Shown here piece by piece: positions 60,492 to 64,000 of a stretch of DNA of 64,000 nt. The notes below the pieces were generated by a model that made no database searches, was not told the DNA's origin, and worked only from the letters and a program-made list of their open reading frames with translations. Source of the stretch: Polyangia bacterium (GTDB lineage Bacteria; Myxococcota_A; Polyangia; Fen-1088); assembly GCA_035607055.1 (NCBI GenBank), contig DATNDC010000124.1, forward strand, positions 1,708-65,707, read 5' to 3'. A program made the translations under genes and the position numbers. Positions within the stretch are counted from its first letter, which is position 1, and each line of letters starts with the position of its first letter.

Positions 60492-62313
60492 CGTGAGCGC
60501 TGCGCAGCTCCAACGCGCAGAGCACGCGGACCCGGACCCCGTCCCGGCGCCGCAGGCGGGCCCGCGCCGGGTTCACCGGTTCGCGATCGCCACCGCCGTC
60601 GCGACGTATCTCCTCATCCTGATCGGCGGTCTCGTTCACGGCACGGGCTCGAGCCTGGCCTGCCCCGACTGGCCCACCTGCTACGGCTCGTTCATGCCCA
60701 AGATGGAGGGAGGCGTGCTGGTCGAGCACAGTCACCGCCTGGCGGCCGGCACGGTCGTGATCCTGACGCTGGTGCTGGCGGGCCTGCTGACCGCCGCGCG
60801 CGATCCGGCGCTGCGGCGGTTGCGCGGATTCGGGTGGCTGGCGGTGGGGCTGGTGTTCGCGCAGGCGCTGCTGGGCGGGATCACCGTCCTCCTGCGCCTG
60901 CCGACGCCGATCTCGACGGCGCACACCGCGACGTCGCTGCTCTTCTTCATGACGGTGCTCTACCTGGCCGTGCGCTCCAGGCCCGCGCCGCTGGCGGCGG
61001 TCGCGCCCTCGGCCCCGATCGTCTCGCGCCTGGCGCTGGTCACCGCGGTCGCCGTCTACATGCAGATGGTGCTGGGGGGCCTGGTGCGCCACTCGGGCGC
61101 CGCTCTCGCCTGTCTGGACGTCCCGCTCTGCCGCGGGTCGCTCTGGCCCCACGCTCACCCGACGGTGCTGATCCAGGCGCTGCACCGGCTGAACGCCGTC
61201 GCGGTCAGCGGCCTGGTGCTCGCCTCGTCGATCGTCACTTGGCGCCGCGCCACCCGCCGCCCGCTGCTGCGGGCGCTGGCGCTGACGGCGCCCATCCTGG
61301 TCGGCGTGCAGATCTGGCTGGGGATTCACTCCGTGCAGTCGTTCCTCGATCTGGCCACCGTCGAGAGTCACCTGGCCGTGGCGACCGCGCTGCTGGCCGT
61401 CATGGCGCTCACCGTGCTGGTGGCGCGCCCGCAGGGCCAGCCGAGCTTCCCGCGCCTCGCCTGGTTCCCGGCCGTCGTGCAGCTGACCAAGCCCCGCATC
61501 ACCGGTCTGGTGATCGTCACCTTCATCGGCGGGCTGTGGCTGGCGCCCGGGCAGATCGCCACCTGGCGCGCGATCATGACCCTCGTCGGCACCGCGCTGC
61601 TGGTGGCCGCCTCGAACACTTTCAACATGTACCTCGAGCGCGACGTCGATCCGCTGATGGAGCGGACGCGCGATCGCCCCCTGCCGCGCGCCGCGCTGTC
61701 GCCCGAGACGGCGCTGGCCTTCGGCACCGTGCTCGCCTGCGCCGCGGTGCCGCTGGTTTTCCTGGGCGGCAACCTCCTGACCGGAATCCTGGGCCTCGCC
61801 GCGCTCGGCAGCTACGTGGCCGTCTACACGCCGCTCAAGCGGCACTCGGCGATTGCCCTCTTCATCGGCGCCGTGCCGGGCGCGCTGCCGCCGCTCATGG
61901 GCTGGACCGCGGCGACGGGGCGCCTCGACGCGCCCGGGCTGGCGCTGTTCGCCATCCTGTTCCTCTGGCAGATCCCCCACTTCCTGGCCATCGCCATCTA
62001 CCGCGGCGCCGACTACGCGCGCGCCGGCTTCAAGGTGCTGCCGAACGCCATCACCCCACGCGCCACGCGTCTCACCATCGTCCTCTTCTCGGTCGGCCTG
62101 GTGGCCGCGACGATCCTGCTGCAGCCGCTGCACGTGGCCGGCCCCTGGTACCTCGGCTGCGCGGCGCTCCTCGGCGCCGTCTTCATCGGCTGGGCGGCCG
62201 CCGGCCTCCGGCGGGCCGCGGAGAACGCCTGGGCGCGCTCGCTGTTCTTCTACTCGATCGTCTACCTGACGCTGCTGTTCGTGGCCATCGTCGTCGACCG
62301 GACGATCGCCTGA
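60481..62313 (+). CDS. fused haem A synthase (CtaA/COX15) and protohaem IX farnesyltransferase (CtaB/CyoE)
   Basis: 610 aa. The N-terminal half has HGTGSSLACPDWPTCYGSFMP...EHSHRL (CtaA). From about nt 61450 it has LTKPRITGLV..., NMYLERDVDPLMERTRDRPLP and the UbiA-type second Asp-rich region (CtaB). ATG 60481 overlaps the upstream gene by 11 nt. An in-frame GTG at 60493 is an alternative start. Confidence 0.85.
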   Translation: MPNDVSAAQLQRAEHADPDPVPAPQAGPRRVHRFAIATAVATYLLILIGGLVHGTGSSLACPDWPTCYGSFMPKMEGGVLVEHSHRLAAGTVVILTLVLAGLLTAARDPALRRLRGFGWLAVGLVFAQALLGGITVLLRLPTPISTAHTATSLLFFMTVLYLAVRSRPAPLAAVAPSAPIVSRLALVTAVAVYMQMVLGGLVRHSGAALACLDVPLCRGSLWPHAHPTVLIQALHRLNAVAVSGLVLASSIVTWRRATRRPLLRALALTAPILVGVQIWLGIHSVQSFLDLATVESHLAVATALLAVMALTVLVARPQGQPSFPRLAWFPAVVQLTKPRITGLVIVTFIGGLWLAPGQIATWRAIMTLVGTALLVAASNTFNMYLERDVDPLMERTRDRPLPRAALSPETALAFGTVLACAAVPLVFLGGNLLTGILGLAALGSYVAVYTPLKRHSAIALFIGAVPGALPPLMGWTAATGRLDAPGLALFAILFLWQIPHFLAIAIYRGADYARAGFKVLPNAITPRATRLTIVLFSVGLVAATILLQPLHVAGPWYLGCAALLGAVFIGWAAAGLRRAAENAWARSLFFYSIVYLTLLFVAIVVDRTIA

Positions 62314-62321
62314 CGGCTCCG

Positions 62322-62353
62322 GTCTCCCCCCGGGGAGACATTTCGATCTTTCG
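62322..62353 (+). terminator. possible intrinsic terminator after the ctaA-ctaB fusion
   Basis: GTCTCCC / GGGAGAC form a 7-bp GC-rich stem (62322-62339) with a 4-nt loop, followed by ATTTCGATCTTTCG (only moderately T-rich). Confidence 0.35.
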
Positions 62354-62420
62354 TCCGTCACGTTTTCTTGTCGTGCCCCTCCTTGCATCCGCGCACAAGC
62401 GTGTGCATAAGGAGACCCCA

Positions 62421-62906
62421 ATGCGACAGCCATCAGTCAACGGATTCGGACGGACGTTTCTCGGCTTGCTCTCGGCGGCAGCCTTCTCGGTTCTGGGGGG
62501 GTGCGCCTCCAATCCACCTCCACCGACGGCGTCGGGCGCGGGCGTGACGCCGCCGGCCTCGTTTGCCGACCAGGTCGCGCAGGGCCAGAAGCTCTACGCC
62601 GACAACTGCGCCAACTGCCACGGCGACTCCGGCCAGGGAACCGCCAAGGCCCCGAAGGTGGTGGGCCTCAAGGACGGCGCGCTCCCGATGGACCCACCGG
62701 CAGACCGCAAGTACCGCAAGAACAAGTTCGTCACCGTGGCGGACGTCGCCGAGTTCACGGTGGCCAACATGCCGCCCGGCAAGGCGGGCAGCCTGACCAA
62801 CGACCAGTACTGGGCGGTCCTGGCCTTCGACCTGCACGCCAACGGCATCGACCTGCCGTCGCCGCTCACGCCCGAGGTCGCCAAGACGCTGACCATCCCG
62901 CGCTAA
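62421..62906 (+). CDS. monohaem c-type cytochrome lipoprotein
   Basis: Read from the tail of track ORF 60834..62906. AAGGAG lies 7 nt upstream of ATG 62421. Lipobox VLGGC and haem motif CANCHG. Confidence 0.8.
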   Translation: MRQPSVNGFGRTFLGLLSAAAFSVLGGCASNPPPPTASGAGVTPPASFADQVAQGQKLYADNCANCHGDSGQGTAKAPKVVGLKDGALPMDPPADRKYRKNKFVTVADVAEFTVANMPPGKAGSLTNDQYWAVLAFDLHANGIDLPSPLTPEVAKTLTIPR

Positions 62907-62919
62907 TCGGGGCCACCGC

Positions 62920-63125
62920 GCGCGCAACGACTGCCCCACGTCGATCGCGTGAGCGGAGGCGAGCTTTGCTCGCCGGAGCTCGTCGCGGGAGGGGTTGGGA
63001 ACCCTCCCAGGGTTCCCACGTCGATCGCGTGAGCGGAGGCGAGCTTTGCTCGCCGGAGCTCGTCGCGGGAGGGGCTGGGAACCCTCCCAGGGTTTCCAAC
63101 CAGATCATCAGCTATCGTTGCGCGC
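62920..63125. other. 206-bp element: an 11-bp perfect inverted repeat enclosing the tandem repeat and abutting the next start codon
   Basis: GCGCGCAACGA (62920-62930) and TCGTTGCGCGC (63115-63125) are exact reverse complements. The right arm ends 1 nt before ATG 63126. Confidence 0.8.
62935..63094. repeat. 80-bp tandem direct repeat, two copies with one mismatch
   Basis: 62935-63014 and 63015-63094 are identical except T/C at 62995/63075. Each unit contains CACGT-CGATC-GCGTG, GAGC-GGA-GGCGAGC-TTT-GCTCGCC-GGA-GCTC and GGGA-G-GGGTT-GGG-AACCC-TCCC hairpin potentials. Confidence 0.9.

Positions 63126-64000
<875 letters not shown>

Noticed and set aside
62935-63094. Considered whether the 80-bp direct repeats form a CRISPR array.
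   Set aside because: There are only two directly abutting copies with no spacers, the unit is far longer than CRISPR repeats, and no cas genes are in the window.

Overview
A gene-dense, very GC-rich chromosomal segment in which codon third positions are almost all G/C. The gene content looks myxobacterial (Myxococcota-like): two MYXO-CTERM-type tails, paired OM beta-barrel paralogues, eukaryotic-like Ser/Thr kinases, a sigma-54 activator and a GltJ/AgmX-like protein. I support about 55 protein-coding genes. I found no rRNA, tRNA, CRISPR array, transposase or integrase. Most long ORFs in the six-frame track with Arg/Pro/Gly/Ala-rich translations are shadow frames of real genes on the other strand or frame. 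The track also writes GTG/TTG starts as M.

Housekeeping backbone: ppdK (partial), glyQS, recO, queE, rpsA, cmk, smc, ftsY, lipB, ddl, ppk1, rpmB.

Accessory or unusual content, in order along the window:
- A vapBC toxin-antitoxin pair with a perfect palindromic operator.
- Two paralogous OM beta-barrel genes plus a small RHH-like gene behind an AT-rich promoter island.
- A 1656-aa single ORF fusing a non-RD Ser/Thr kinase, a STAND-like NTPase with a degenerate P-loop, a TPR solenoid, GAF, a sigma-54 AAA+ module and an HTH.
- A protein with two HARE-HTH domains, a charged disordered region and a degenerate Mrr-like nuclease.
- A secreted three-gene unit containing two MYXO-CTERM metzincins.
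- A lipoprotein with seven CarboxypepD_reg-like domains.
- A GTGG-repeat, Cys-rich lipoprotein.
- An ABC ATPase coupled to a 717-aa polytopic protein with a CPBP-like EExxxR motif.
- A roughly 15-kb respiratory and metal cluster: cox II/I/III plus a dihaem cytochrome c; a convergent CoxIII/CoxIV-like operon with a small CxxC membrane protein; a TroA/ZnuABC-type importer with an embedded OM barrel; SCO; a cupredoxin-like lipoprotein; a fused CtaA-CtaB; and a cytochrome c lipoprotein.
- A 206-bp element made of an 80-bp tandem duplication, each unit able to form three hairpins, enclosed by an 11-bp perfect inverted repeat that ends exactly at the start codon of an LLM-class oxidoreductase.

I cannot point to one clearly novel multi-gene system. 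The best candidates for follow-up are the kinase-EBP megaprotein, the IR-bounded structured repeat, the ABC/CPBP-like pair lying near the MYXO-CTERM proteases, and the HARE-HTH/Mrr-like protein. All family assignments come from motif recognition by eye. No database searches were run.
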